From: Pachysolen tannophilus NRRL Y-2460
Taxonomy: Eukaryota
Reading direction: 5' to 3'
Assembly: GCA_001661245.1 (NCBI GenBank)
Contig: KV454018.1
Location: 548,144 to 568,143, forward strand
DNA: 20,000 nt
The position numbers were made by a program, and so were the translations under genes. The notes beneath the pieces are model-generated. The model ran no database searches, was not told the DNA's origin, and saw nothing but the letters and a program-made list of their open reading frames with translations. Shown piece by piece: positions 1-10,356 of this stretch. Position 1 is the stretch's first letter. Every line of letters starts with the position of its first letter.

Positions 1-285
1 GAAGCATACTACAAAACAACTTCAATCTGGTAAATGATTGATACACACCAACAACACAACCCAATTGATTAACATAAATATATCTATCTATCCATTCTAA
101 TCATCATCATAGTTGGTTTCTGCAGGTCCAATTCCTTATAAACTCTAGAAATTAAGCCAAAAAAAGAAAAAAGTGTAAAAAAAATCCCAAAAATTTCCTT
201 TTCAAGTAATTTTTGAAGTTTTTCCAATTAATTATTTCCTTTTATGGTAATTTTGGCTGATTTTTTTGTAGAAAACTGCACAAAA

Positions 286-292
286 TTACCCG
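286..292 (+). promoter_or_regulatory. Reb1-type site (TTACCCG) upstream of INP51
   Basis: Exact TTACCCG ~210 bp before the INP51 ATG, flanked by poly(dA:dT) tracts. Motif match only. Confidence 0.45.
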
Positions 293-501
293 AAAAGGAA
301 ATTTTTTATGTTTTCTTTTAATTTTTGAGAATTGTGTTCACGATGTTATGCGCGCATTCTATTTAATGTTGTGTTATTATAATAATAGTAGTAAGAAGTT
401 GTTATTATCATTATTTTAATTTATATGGAATTGGAATTGATATTGGAATTGGAATTGGAAAAAGGTTAGCTTTTGTGAATGAAGTTTGTATATGGCCAAT
501 T

Positions 502-3393
502 ATGAAGGTTTATTTGAATAAGAATCCAAGGTCAATTGCTTTAATTTCAAATGGCTTTGCGTTGATATTTAGGGATATTAGTTCATCAGCTAATGTAGAT
601 CAGACTTTAACAAATGGTAATAATGCACCTTCAAATCATCAATTATCTGATAAGGACTTTAATCCAAGATGTATAGTGGAATTTGTGGCTGAATCCTCGA
701 TTAATTTGGATTCATATTCTAGATTACTTGCTTCTAATGATAATTGTGAGTTTTTGGGGTTGATTTGTTTAAAGACAAATATATATTTAGGAATAATATC
801 ACAAAAAGTTGAAGTTGGTAGTATAAGACCAAATGAAAAGGTTAATAAAATTACAAATGTTGATTTTTTATGTTTAAATAATGATGAATTTGATGAATTA
901 TTTGAAAATCAAATGATAGTTTCTGATTTGAAAGATAAGTTAGAAGCTCATCCTTGTCATTCATTGAAAAAACTATTAAGTGGAGGTAGTTTTTTCTATT
1001 CAAGAGATTTTGATATAGCAAGTACATGTCAAGAAAGAGGTACTAAGAAAGGATTTACAGTAATAGAGAAAAATTATGATTTTAAATTTATGTGGAATAG
1101 TTTTATGAATGATGAATTGATAGAATTTAGAAATAGATTAAGTAAATTGGAAAGAAAATCATTTGATGAAAGTGAATTTTTAACAACAATAATCAGAGGC
1201 TTTGTGAAAACTGTAAATACTACTTTAGGTATTGAATGTGAAGCTTTATTAACTATTATATCAAAACAATCATGTAGAAGAAAAGGTTCTTTATACGGGC
1301 CATGGGGTCTTGATGATGATGGGAATGTTGCTAATTTTATGGAAACTGAATGTGTATTATATTTTGAAAAATTTTGCTTTGCATATACCCAAGTAAGAGG
1401 TAATATACCAGTATTTTGGGAATTAGAAAATCAATTATTATCTACAAAAGTTAAATTTTCAAGATCTGTTGATTCAACACAACATGCATTTAATAGACAT
1501 TTTGAAACTTTGATTCAACAACATGGTGAAATACACATATTAAACGCTTTAAATAAAAAATCAAATCAACATGAGTTAAGTAATAGATATACAGAAGTAT
1601 TGGGTAAATCTTCAAGTATAAGAGATCAAGTGGATTATTCACATATAGAATTTTCAACAGATTCTTTGAAAAACAACTATAGTACAAGGTCTAAACTATT
1701 ATATTTATTAGAATCTTCAATTTTAAGATTTGGTGCTTATTGTTATGATGTAAGTAAGCATATTTATATTGGAAAACAATCTGGTGTTTTCTTGGTAAAT
1801 ACTTTTGATTCATTAGAAAAAGCAAATACAATTCAAAAAATAATAAATAAAGAAGCTTTTGGACTTTCTTTTAAAGATATGGGTATTGTTCCTTCAGATG
1901 ATTTTTTTGATAAATTAAGATTACTTTGGGATGAAAATGGAATATGGCTTTCCAAGATAACTTTAAGTACAATGTCAACAAAGACTAATCAAATTAATAA
2001 ATCCGGAGGTTTGGTTGGAGTAGTGGCAGGAGTAAGTAAAAAATATATTGCTAATACTGTTGCTTATGATCCTACAAAAGTGAAACAAAATGCTATTGAT
2101 AAGTTATTGGGAAGAATGAATGATCAGAATTTAGTAAAATTACATGATCCAATTCATGATTTTATTGCTGATGAGTTAAAGAAAAAATCAGATCTTTTCT
2201 CGTCTTCAAAAGAAATATCTTTATTTTGCAGTACTTTTAATATAAATGGAGTTCAATATGATGAAGACATTTCAACATGGATTTTCCCTGATGACAAGAC
2301 AATAGATACTAATCCAGATATAGTGGCAATAGGATTTGAAGAAATTGTGGAATTGACCCCTGGTCAAATGTTGGATACAGATAATTCTACTCGTTATTTT
2401 TGGGAAAAAAAATTAAAGAAATGTTTGAATGAACGTGATAAATACGTCCTATTATGGGGTGGTCAATTAGGAGGTATAGTTTTATTACTTTTCGTAAAAG
2501 AAGCAGAAGCAGAAGAAATTAATAATGTCGAAGGTTCAATAAGGAAAACAGGATTGGGTGGAATGGCATCAAACAAGGGAGCAATTGCGTTAAGTTTTAC
2601 TTTTTCAACTACAAAATTTTGTTTCATTGTATCTCATTTGGCAGCAGGATTAAATAATGTTGAAGAAAGGCATCAAGATTATAAGACTATTGCTAAAAAT
2701 ATTAGATTTTCTAGAAATAGGTCTATTAAAGATCATGATGCTGTTATATGGATGGGTGATTTTAATTTTAGAATTGATTTGACCAATGAAGAAGTTAGAA
2801 ACTTAATTGAGAAACAAGATTTTCAGACATTATTTGATAATGATCAATTGAATAATCAAATGGCAAAAGGTGAATCATTTCCATATTTTGACGAGATGGA
2901 GATAAGATTTCCACCAACTTATAAATTTGATAATGGAACAAAGACTTACGATACTTCTGAAAAACAAAGAATACCGGCTTGGACAGACCGTATTTTAAGT
3001 TTAAGCAGAAACAAGATTTTAAAACAACTTTCTTATGATTGTTGCCAAGATATTTTATTTTCTGATCATCGTCCAGTATATGCTTTTTTCAAAGCTAAAG
3101 TAATTATAGTAAATGAAAAGATAAAACAGAAAGTAGCACATGAATTATACAAACAAAGAAAAGCAGAAATTGGAGATGCTAACGAATTAATAACATCAAA
3201 TTATATTAATGAAATCACATTAACACATGGGTTTCCTCCACCAAGTTCTGATAAGACAAAATGGTGGATTGACGGTGGTCAACCTGTCAAGGTAACTTTT
3301 CCTGACTTGGCTCCTGGAATGATTGTTAATCCAAACCTACCAATTAATCCCTTTGTTGAAACTGATGAACCAGACTTTATAATGGCGAAATAG
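502..3393 (+). CDS. INP51: Synaptojanin-like phosphoinositide 5-phosphatase (Inp51/Sjl1)
   Basis: N-terminal Sac1-like domain with a degenerate catalytic motif (VFLVNTFDSLEKAN instead of NCxDCLDRTN), which is diagnostic of Inp51 versus Inp52/53. C-terminal 5-phosphatase motifs WMGDFNFRI, PPTYKFD, RIPAWTDRIL, SDHRPV. The first ATG is at 502; the ORF track starts at a GTG at 475. Confidence 0.95.
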   Translation: MKVYLNKNPRSIALISNGFALIFRDISSSANVDQTLTNGNNAPSNHQLSDKDFNPRCIVEFVAESSINLDSYSRLLASNDNCEFLGLICLKTNIYLGIISQKVEVGSIRPNEKVNKITNVDFLCLNNDEFDELFENQMIVSDLKDKLEAHPCHSLKKLLSGGSFFYSRDFDIASTCQERGTKKGFTVIEKNYDFKFMWNSFMNDELIEFRNRLSKLERKSFDESEFLTTIIRGFVKTVNTTLGIECEALLTIISKQSCRRKGSLYGPWGLDDDGNVANFMETECVLYFEKFCFAYTQVRGNIPVFWELENQLLSTKVKFSRSVDSTQHAFNRHFETLIQQHGEIHILNALNKKSNQHELSNRYTEVLGKSSSIRDQVDYSHIEFSTDSLKNNYSTRSKLLYLLESSILRFGAYCYDVSKHIYIGKQSGVFLVNTFDSLEKANTIQKIINKEAFGLSFKDMGIVPSDDFFDKLRLLWDENGIWLSKITLSTMSTKTNQINKSGGLVGVVAGVSKKYIANTVAYDPTKVKQNAIDKLLGRMNDQNLVKLHDPIHDFIADELKKKSDLFSSSKEISLFCSTFNINGVQYDEDISTWIFPDDKTIDTNPDIVAIGFEEIVELTPGQMLDTDNSTRYFWEKKLKKCLNERDKYVLLWGGQLGGIVLLLFVKEAEAEEINNVEGSIRKTGLGGMASNKGAIALSFTFSTTKFCFIVSHLAAGLNNVEERHQDYKTIAKNIRFSRNRSIKDHDAVIWMGDFNFRIDLTNEEVRNLIEKQDFQTLFDNDQLNNQMAKGESFPYFDEMEIRFPPTYKFDNGTKTYDTSEKQRIPAWTDRILSLSRNKILKQLSYDCCQDILFSDHRPVYAFFKAKVIIVNEKIKQKVAHELYKQRKAEIGDANELITSNYINEITLTHGFPPPSSDKTKWWIDGGQPVKVTFPDLAPGMIVNPNLPINPFVETDEPDFIMAK

Positions 3394-3536
3394 CTTGAAA
3401 AATAGTTAATATATGGTATAAATCATTGAAACGTTACTTATTCACTATTTGTAGAAAATATATAACCCATAATTGAAAACTAAATTATTAAAACAAAAAA
3501 ACAAACAAAAACAAACAAACCTTGAACTTGTAGATT

Positions 3537-3802
3537 TCATTTCTCCTTTTCCAGCAGTTCCTCTGCTTCTCCCTTCTCATTTTTCTCAACTTTTGATTCC
3601 CCTGCTTCAGCCAATATACTATCCATCTTGGCTTCAATACTATCAAGTAGATTTTCAAGTTTCTTTATGAATGACGTTAGTAATATTTCTTTCTTAACAT
3701 TTCCTTCCTCAAAATACCTACTGATGCAGCAGCTTCAGCTTCATTTAATTGCTGATAAGTTTCGGCAAAACTCAGCTCCGAATGAGATTCTTCTTGAGTC
3801 AT
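3537..3802 (-). CDS. CMI7: Small (68 aa) acidic coiled-coil protein, two exons; probable YIL002W-A/CMI7 orthologue
   Basis: Exon 1 3802-3722 (MTQEESHSELSFAETYQQLNEAEAAAS). 59-nt intron 3721-3663 with GTAGGT donor, TACTAAC branch at 3682-3676 and AAG acceptor. Exon 2 3662-3537 (KLENLLDSIEAKMDSILAEAGESKVEKNEKGEAEELLEKEK*). The phase-0 join is in frame. The core resembles Yil002w-a as I recall it (LDEMEKKMDSLL), and the gene is convergent with INP51 as in S. cerevisiae. Confidence 0.8.
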
Positions 3803-4145
3803 ACTTTCATTAATACTCTTCTTGACTTTTAAAATTCAATTTAAAAATGTTAACTTTCATATAATCAATTATGAAAAGGTATTTGAATGAAATTTTGATT
3901 TTTGCTTCACGAAAGCAAGAAACATATTTAAATCATTTTGATAAAGATGGAAGAATGTTTTAAATTAATTGTGATTGATATCTACAATATTGGTTGAAAT
4001 TGGACAATAAAAATTAGCAAATCTAGAGATTCAATATATAAAAATGAATTTTTTAATCAATAGCAATACTATTTTTTTCTAAAAGGCAAAATAAAACGAA
4101 AAGAAAAAAAAATAAAATTAAAAATAAAATAAATTATCAAAAGAC

Positions 4146-5687
4146 TTATTGATAAAAAAATACAAAATATGTGATAAACATGCTAAAAATGAAATTCAAA
4201 CTAACAGAATTCATTGTACCTGGAGAAGATGAGGATGAGGTTGATGTTGATTCGACGGTGTCTAAAGTATCTTCAACCATTGATCCTGCATCTTCAATCC
4301 AACTATTTAAATCTGAGGAGCTTATAGTGGATTCAATTTCGGTATCATTATTCATGAATACAATTGCAGATCCATTACTATCAAACACAACACCACCTTT
4401 CATTGTTGCATCAGTATAACGTTTAAGATAACCATTAGCTCTAATACCATCATCAATATCTGATGTACCTTGATAGTCATGGATAGTTGTGTATAAATTA
4501 TCACTATATGTTGCATTCAAGACTTCAAATATATCAAATTCACCACAACCACTATCCCAACATGAACAATTAGTACTTGTTGGATATTCAGAAGTTCTTG
4601 GAATTCTAGCGTTTAATAACCAGATAGCAGGTAAGTTATAATCGGTGGTATTTTCTGGGGCAGTATCTTCATTTGGCATTGTAAATTCAAATAAAAACAT
4701 TTTAACAGAACCATAATATCCATGATAAGCTGGAGTACCAGAACGATAAACACCACAATCGTTATCATAACCTGAATCATCACATGAAATATTTGAATAA
4801 ATAATAAATTCTTCATCTGAAATGATTAATGCATCGTCTTCCAAGACTGTAGATTCCGATGCTGCGCTAACACCATCTTTACCAGCATAAGTTAAAGCAT
4901 AACCTAAACAAGAAGAATCATTTCCAGCTGCTGTCAAGAATGTAACGTTTTCAGCTGTAGATGAAGAGGAATCATAATAAGCAAGACGTGACCAATCACT
5001 AGTTGCTGAATCATTATTATAAGCCCAATCTTCAGAAACGTAATAAGCAAATTTTTTCAAAACTAAAGGACCTCTAAAATGAACTGATAATTCTTCATTC
5101 AATGGCGCATTTACACCAGAGAAAGCAGTTGTATCACTGTCCAAAGTACAAGAACAAGAGTCAGTATCAACATCACTAAGTTCCTTGACTGCATAATAAC
5201 CTCCACTATATCCAAGATTTTCAAATTCAATTGCACTATAGAGGACTGTTGGATAAGAAGAACTAGAAGAACTTGTAACATCATTAGCGCTGTCACCAGC
5301 AGCAGCTGCTGTTGTAGTTGTTGATTGTTGGTTATTGTTATTGTTATTATTATTATTGGCAGAAGTTGTAGATGTGGATTGACCGTTATTATTATTATTA
5401 TTATTATTATTATTTGCTGAAGTTGAAGTTGATGAGGACTGCTCGTTATCATTGTTGTTATTATTATTGGCTGAAGTGGTTGTAGTTGATTGTTGGTTAT
5501 TGTTATTATTATTGGTTGTAGTTGTTGCAGTTGTTGCAGTTACCTGTGTATTGGCGTCAGCTACACCATTGGCAACGGCGGTTTGTTGTCTAGCATTGAT
5601 ATTTGCCATCTTAACAGTTGCCATAAAAGCATATGTTTGAATGGCGAAAAGAATAGTTCCTAGCACTGCTATATTTTTTGGAAGCAT
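4146..5687 (-). CDS. TOH1: GPI-anchored cell-wall protein of the TOS1/YJL171C(TOH1)/PGA52 family (DUF2403+DUF2401, GH16-like putative glucanase)
   Basis: Signal peptide MLPKNIAVLGTILFAIQTYA (ATG 5687; the track starts at TTG 5711). N/T/S-rich linker. Family motifs APLNEELSVHFRGPLVL, KMFLFEFTMP, PAIWLLNARIPRT, CSCWDSGCGEFDIFE (ExDxxE). A Ser-rich spacer plus hydrophobic C-terminus (GPI signal) favours the TOH1/PGA52 branch over TOS1. Confidence 0.88.
   Translation of the reverse strand: MLPKNIAVLGTILFAIQTYAFMATVKMANINARQQTAVANGVADANTQVTATTATTTTNNNNNNQQSTTTTSANNNNNNDNEQSSSTSTSANNNNNNNNNNGQSTSTTSANNNNNNNNNQQSTTTTAAAAGDSANDVTSSSSSSYPTVLYSAIEFENLGYSGGYYAVKELSDVDTDSCSCTLDSDTTAFSGVNAPLNEELSVHFRGPLVLKKFAYYVSEDWAYNNDSATSDWSRLAYYDSSSSTAENVTFLTAAGNDSSCLGYALTYAGKDGVSAASESTVLEDDALIISDEEFIIYSNISCDDSGYDNDCGVYRSGTPAYHGYYGSVKMFLFEFTMPNEDTAPENTTDYNLPAIWLLNARIPRTSEYPTSTNCSCWDSGCGEFDIFEVLNATYSDNLYTTIHDYQGTSDIDDGIRANGYLKRYTDATMKGGVVFDSNGSAIVFMNNDTEIESTISSSDLNSWIEDAGSMVEDTLDTVESTSTSSSSSPGTMNSVSLNFIFSMFITYFVFFYQ
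5308..5513 (-). repeat. Intragenic minisatellite: ~4 units of poly-Asn + Q-S-(T/S)n-A
   Basis: Translation shows N7-QQSTTTTSA, N6DN-EQSSSTSTSA, N10-GQSTSTTSA, N9-QQSTTTTA, built from AAT/AAC runs. Confidence 0.85.
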
Positions 5688-6186
5688 GTTGTAACAAAGG
5701 GACAAAAACAAGTGACTGATAAAAATTGGTTTGTTATAACGAATGAAACAAGAAAAAAAAAGAAAAGAAAAAAAACAATAATACTCTTAACTCTACAAAT
5801 TAAAAAAAATTATAATCTTAATTGAACGAAAGTTTGATCTCTTGTTTTCCCCCAAAATTTTCTTGATATTAAAAAAGAATTATTATTATTAAAAGAAAAA
5901 GAGAGAGAAAAGAAAAAAAAAAGTTTTTAAAAAGAGAACAAAAGAACAAAGGAAACCATATATACTTGTATTTATTTATTTTGTTTTGTTTTGTTTACTT
6001 CATGTATAAACCTACATTGCGTCAAGAACAAAGCTTTTTAAATCATCGAAAAAACAAAGAAAAAAAAATGATGAAAATTTTTAATTCCTTTCTTTGTTTT
6101 TAACTTTTGTTTTTCTTGAATTTTTTCATTTTCTTTGAGAACTAAACTATTTGTCGCGTTAACAAAACAAGAGATCTCGGTTTAAA

Positions 6187-6705
6187 AGCCTCTTTAAAAG
6201 TCACGATAATGGGGCTTGTTTTTTTTTTTGATATTAAAAGCCAAAGATCCTAAGAAAAAAGCTTTTTTCGATCGATAACAAGATGGGAAATTATCAGTTC
6301 CTGAGCCTCTCCTTGTTATATATGATATAATAAACCTTTTTTTTTTTTGTTTTTTCGAGTTTTCTCTCTTGTTTAAAGATTTTTAATACTCGAGGAAAAG
6401 GGGAGAATCCTGTAAATTCTCATTGAATAGAGGCTAAGCGTAAATGTTTATACGTAAAAAGGTATTAATATAATATCATAGAGGCAGTTATTAATTACAA
6501 ATTGGGGGAAAAACAAAAAAAAAATTCAGGCTATGCTGGTAATATGATGGTATGCTGCCGCAGGCAAGTATTATAGTATACTGAAACGTCATTCTCATCT
6601 GGCCGCAGTATTATATATAATATATTATATATATATATATATTATATATTATATATTATACATTATATAATATATATATTTCAATAGATTCTTTTGCTAC
6701 GCCTC
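6187..6705. promoter_or_regulatory. Cluster of Crz1/CDRE-like GCCTC motifs upstream of the TOH1-like gene
   Basis: AGCCTC 6187-6192, TGAGCCTC 6302-6309 (full TGMGCCNC consensus), GAGGCT 6430-6435, GAGGC 6481-6485, CGCCTC 6700-6705. Confidence 0.45.
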
Positions 6706-7238
6706 TAATATATTATAGTTAATATAAATGAATTTACTAATAAATTATTAGCAGAAAAAAAGAAAAACCACGCCTATTAATTAATATATATTATATTGCA
6801 CCCAATTTAATTTTTTTTTGGTATTAATCAAATATGGGCTCTTTAGAAAATATTTATTTAAGATGCCGAAACTAAAATTAAAATTATAGCCCGAAGAGCA
6901 AGTTTAAACTTTATCTGTTTTTTTTTTCTTTTTTGTTTTGTTTGAGACTCTTGGCCAAAAAAAAAAATCTCTTTTGTTAATCGTTTTATTAAAAAATTAT
7001 GTATTCAATTAAACATACACTAATAGGGATATAATATTAATGGGCTGCTAACCATTTTGGTCCGAAAAGTTCCATTCGTACCAACACATACACAAATTTA
7101 ATTTTAATTTATTTATAAATTCTTCTTTTAATTTAAGATAAAATAAATCTCTTGTGATTGACTGACTAACTAATTGAACTGACTTTACCTTATATGTAAT
7201 AAAATAAAAAGTAGACAACTACAATTGAAAATATTACA

Positions 7239-7913
7239 GGTTTGGTAAAACAGGTATTAAAGAGAATGCCAACAAAAACCGAAAAAAATCAAAAAATTAA
7301 AAACTTAAAAAATTAAAAAAATAAACTGTTTACAAGTCTGGATAGAGGAATTGATTTAAAGTATTGATTTTTTAAATACAGTTTGGTATCTTCAGTTAAA
7401 AAATTTCCTTTAACCTTAAAGTCTCTTTTTTGACAAAAAGTCTAGAGCGAGGAAACTAAATTTTTTTTTTTTTTCAAAAATTTCACCTTGGGACCCTCAT
7501 TCTCGAGTATTTATCTATTTATCTATTTATCTGTATTGAATTATCATGGTTTTTGGGATTTATGGATCTTGGATTCTTACTCCTTGATCCATGAATTGTT
7601 TGACAAAGAAAAATAATTGACACGATTGATATGATATAGCAATCAATAAAGAATTTTTTCTTCTTCTTCTTCTTTTACTTCCTCTTCTCTCTCTTCTTCT
7701 TCTTCTCTTCTTGGATAATTGAGAAACTGTTCCCGTTTTATTTTAAATTATATGCATTTAAATGCATGCATGCATTTATATATATTAAATGAATCGCTAA
7801 TAATAAAAATTTGAAAATTCAAACTATCTATATCTATAAAGTACTCGACTAATTACTGAAACACATTTATTAACAATTAAAGAATTGAGTTTACACAAAG
7901 ATTCCAAAATGGA

Positions 7914-7953
<40 letters not shown>
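7239..7953 (+). repeat. Direct repeat copy 1 (~715 bp, non-coding, ends in (TA)n)
   Basis: Matches 8962-9693 from GGTTTGGTAAAACAGG to the terminal (TA)n run. Three substitutions (7267, 7489, 7508) plus homopolymer/TA length differences. Confidence 0.97.
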
Positions 7954-7955
<2 letters not shown>

Positions 7956-8257
7956 TCTCTTTTCATTTATACCCTCATCTTCTATATTAAAAATTTTAAA
8001 TCATTTGAAGATGCATACACTACTTCACCATTAATTAAATGGAATTTTCACCATTAACTTTTCATTACTTTAAATAAAACCCATCAAATCATCTACAACA
8101 TAAATAGATAAGAAAATAAGTATAAAAAAAAAAGTAATTTCCATTAAATTTAAACAAATAGATTAGACCCACAAAAAGAAAAAAATAAAAAAAGCAATAG
8201 AAAAAACGCAAAAAACTACACAAAAAAAAACCTCAATTTATATCATTCTTTTTGATA

Positions 8258-8595
8258 CTAAATGGAACCATAATTTCTATTTGAACTACCTGGCAAAGTA
8301 ACACCACGATAATTAGATTTTTCCTCGTATGGGTAACAAGAAATAATGTACCAGCTATGTAATAAACCTGGAATAAAACCTAATATACATAAGGCAACAT
8401 TGATCCAAACTAATAAATTAAATTAATCTTAAGTTAGAATTTTTCAAATAATCAAAAAAATTGATTTAACAATATATACTATAAATTAAATTTTATTTAC
8501 TTACAATCAGCAGAGAAAAATCCACGTTTAATAAATACTGGAATTGGTGGAATGAAAAATCCAATAAACGCTAATAACCAATCTCTTGCGTGCAT
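8258..8595 (-). CDS. SNA2: PMP3/UPF0057-family proteolipid (80 aa), two exons; Sna2 orthologue
   Basis: Exon 1 8595-8505. 95-nt intron 8504-8410 (GTAAGT donor, TTCTAAC branch at 8439-8433, TAG acceptor). Exon 2 8409-8258. Spliced protein MHARDWLLAFIGFFIPPIPVFIKRGFFSADFWINVALCILGFIPGLLHSWYIISCYPYEEKSNYRGVTLPGSSNRNYGSI. The N-terminal MHARDW, two TM helices and C-terminal NYGS(I/L) match yeast Sna2. Confidence 0.95.
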
Positions 8596-8922
8596 TTTTA
8601 AAAATTAATTTCCAAAATTTCAATTTTAATTTGAAAAAAAAAAAATTAATAAAAGATAAAAGATAAAAGTAAAAAAATAGATGAAAATTATATGTTTTAT
8701 AGATAAGTGGCAATCAATTTATATATATATATATATTATGTATATTATTATGTATCTAATATATTTAATGTATTATACGGCGCCCCGGTTAGAGCCTAAA
8801 AAATTAATATTATTGCTAACAAAGCAATAGAAGGAAATAATACCCTTTTCTAGTACAATAGCGAGCAATACTGAAAATAGAGACAAATCAATTTAAAAGA
8901 AAAAATTTTAATATTATTTAAT

Positions 8923-8961
8923 NNNNNNNNNNNNNNNNNNNNNNNNNNNNNNNNNNNNNNN
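8923..8961. other. Assembly gap (39 N)
   Basis: Run of N in the sequence. Confidence 1.
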
Positions 8962-9642
8962 GGTTTGGTAAAACAGGTATTAAAGAGAACGCCAACAAAA
9001 ACCGAAAAAATCAAAAATTAAAAACTTAAAAAATTAAAAAAATAAACTGTTTACAAGTCTGGATAGAGGAATTGATTTAAAGTATTGATTTTTTAAATAC
9101 AGTTTGGTATCTTCAGTTAAAAAATTTCCTTTAACCTTAAAGTCTCTTTTTTGACAAAAAGTCTAGAGCGAGGAAACTAAATTTTTTTTTTTTTTTTTTC
9201 AAAAATTTCACCTGGGGACCCTCATTCTCGAGAATTTATCTATTTATCTATTTATCTGTATTGAATTATCATGGTTTTTGGGATTTATGGATCTTGGATT
9301 CTTACTCCTTGATCCATGAATTGTTTGACAAAGAAAAATAATTGACACGATTGATATGATATAGCAATCAATAAAGAATTTTTTCTTCTTCTTCTTCTTT
9401 TACTTCCTCTTCTCTCTCTTCTTCTTCTTCTCTTCTTGGATAATTGAGAAACTGTTCCCGTTTTATTTTAAATTATATGCATTTAAATGCATGCATGCAT
9501 TTATATATATTAAATGAATCGCTAATAATAAAAATTTGAAAATTCAAACTATCTATATCTATAAAGTACTCGACTAATTACTGAAACACATTTATTAACA
9601 ATTAAAGAATTGAGTTTACACAAAGATTCCAAAATGGAAATA

Positions 9643-9693
<51 letters not shown>
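8962..9693 (+). repeat. Direct repeat copy 2 (starts at the gap edge, ends in (TA)n)
   Basis: Near-identical to 7239-7953 (offset ~1723-1740). Its true left boundary is hidden by the gap. Confidence 0.97.
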
Positions 9694-9695
<2 letters not shown>

Positions 9696-10356
9696 AGGTA
9701 TATGCAGTTTTGTAAAGAAACATATCCATCCTTATTTCACTAATACCTCGAGGTCAAGGATAAACTTTTTGCTCAAATTTTCTATATGGAACTGAATAAC
9801 TCAAATATTTCAAATCAATCACTTACTTTTTTTTTTGCTTTTTATTTCACTCTGCTTTTGACCTTTTTGACCTTGAACTTTTACATGCAAGGAAGGAAAA
9901 AGGAAAATAGGAAGTATCAATAGTATTTTCGTAATGTTTCTTTATGTCCTATTAGAGTAATGTAGTTAAAGGTGCATACATATTCTTACATACAAACTAT
10001 ACTTGTAACAAAACTTTTTTCAATTCTTGATTTAATTATAAAAGAAAAGAGATTGGATTTCAAAACTGAAATTATGTTTCCTCTCATCTGGGATTATTCT
10101 TTCATTACTTTTATATTTGCTTTCTTCTTCATTCTCTTTAAAATTGCGGGATAGACAGTTGTTGCAGATATAAATATATATATATATATATATATACATA
10201 CATATATATTTTTTTCCCTGCGTTTTAGTTAGAGAACTAGTTGAACTAAATTTGAAATTTCACTCATTAGTTAATTGAGGTTTTTTTTTTTCCACCTTTC
10301 TTATTTCTTTCTTTTATTGGGTTTTATCAGTCTTTCTCCAGGTGTTGAAGAAAAAA

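Noticed and set aside
1490..1687. 65-aa minus-strand ORF
   Set aside because: Antisense to INP51, with no recognisable features.
3473..3813. Two short plus-strand ORFs (3473-3670, 3628-3813)
   Set aside because: Non-ATG starts; they are antisense shadows of the spliced minus-strand CMI7-like gene.
4171..5640. ORFs 4171-4419, 4613-4816, 5111-5452, 5452-5640
   Set aside because: Alternative-frame or antisense by-products of the TOH1-like gene and its low-complexity repeats.
6547..6790. Possible spliced plus-strand microgene (ATG|GTATGC...TACTAAT...CAG)
   Set aside because: Imperfect branch site, and the downstream exon hits a stop within ~10 codons.
8528..8713. 61-aa minus-strand ORF
   Set aside because: Out of frame with SNA2 exon 1, low complexity, TTG start.
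7239..9693. LTR retrotransposon or composite transposon interpretation of the direct repeats
   Set aside because: No TG...CA termini, primer-binding site, TIRs, target-site duplication or gag/pol/transposase. The interior is an ordinary host gene.
9610..10154. ORFs 9610-9795 and 9972-10154
   Set aside because: The first is a (TA)n-derived YI repeat. Both have non-ATG starts and no family features.
10200..10341. Possible 5'-UTR intron before the GH76 gene (pyrimidine tract + CAG)
   Set aside because: No convincing CTAAC branch or GTAAGT/GTATGT donor upstream.
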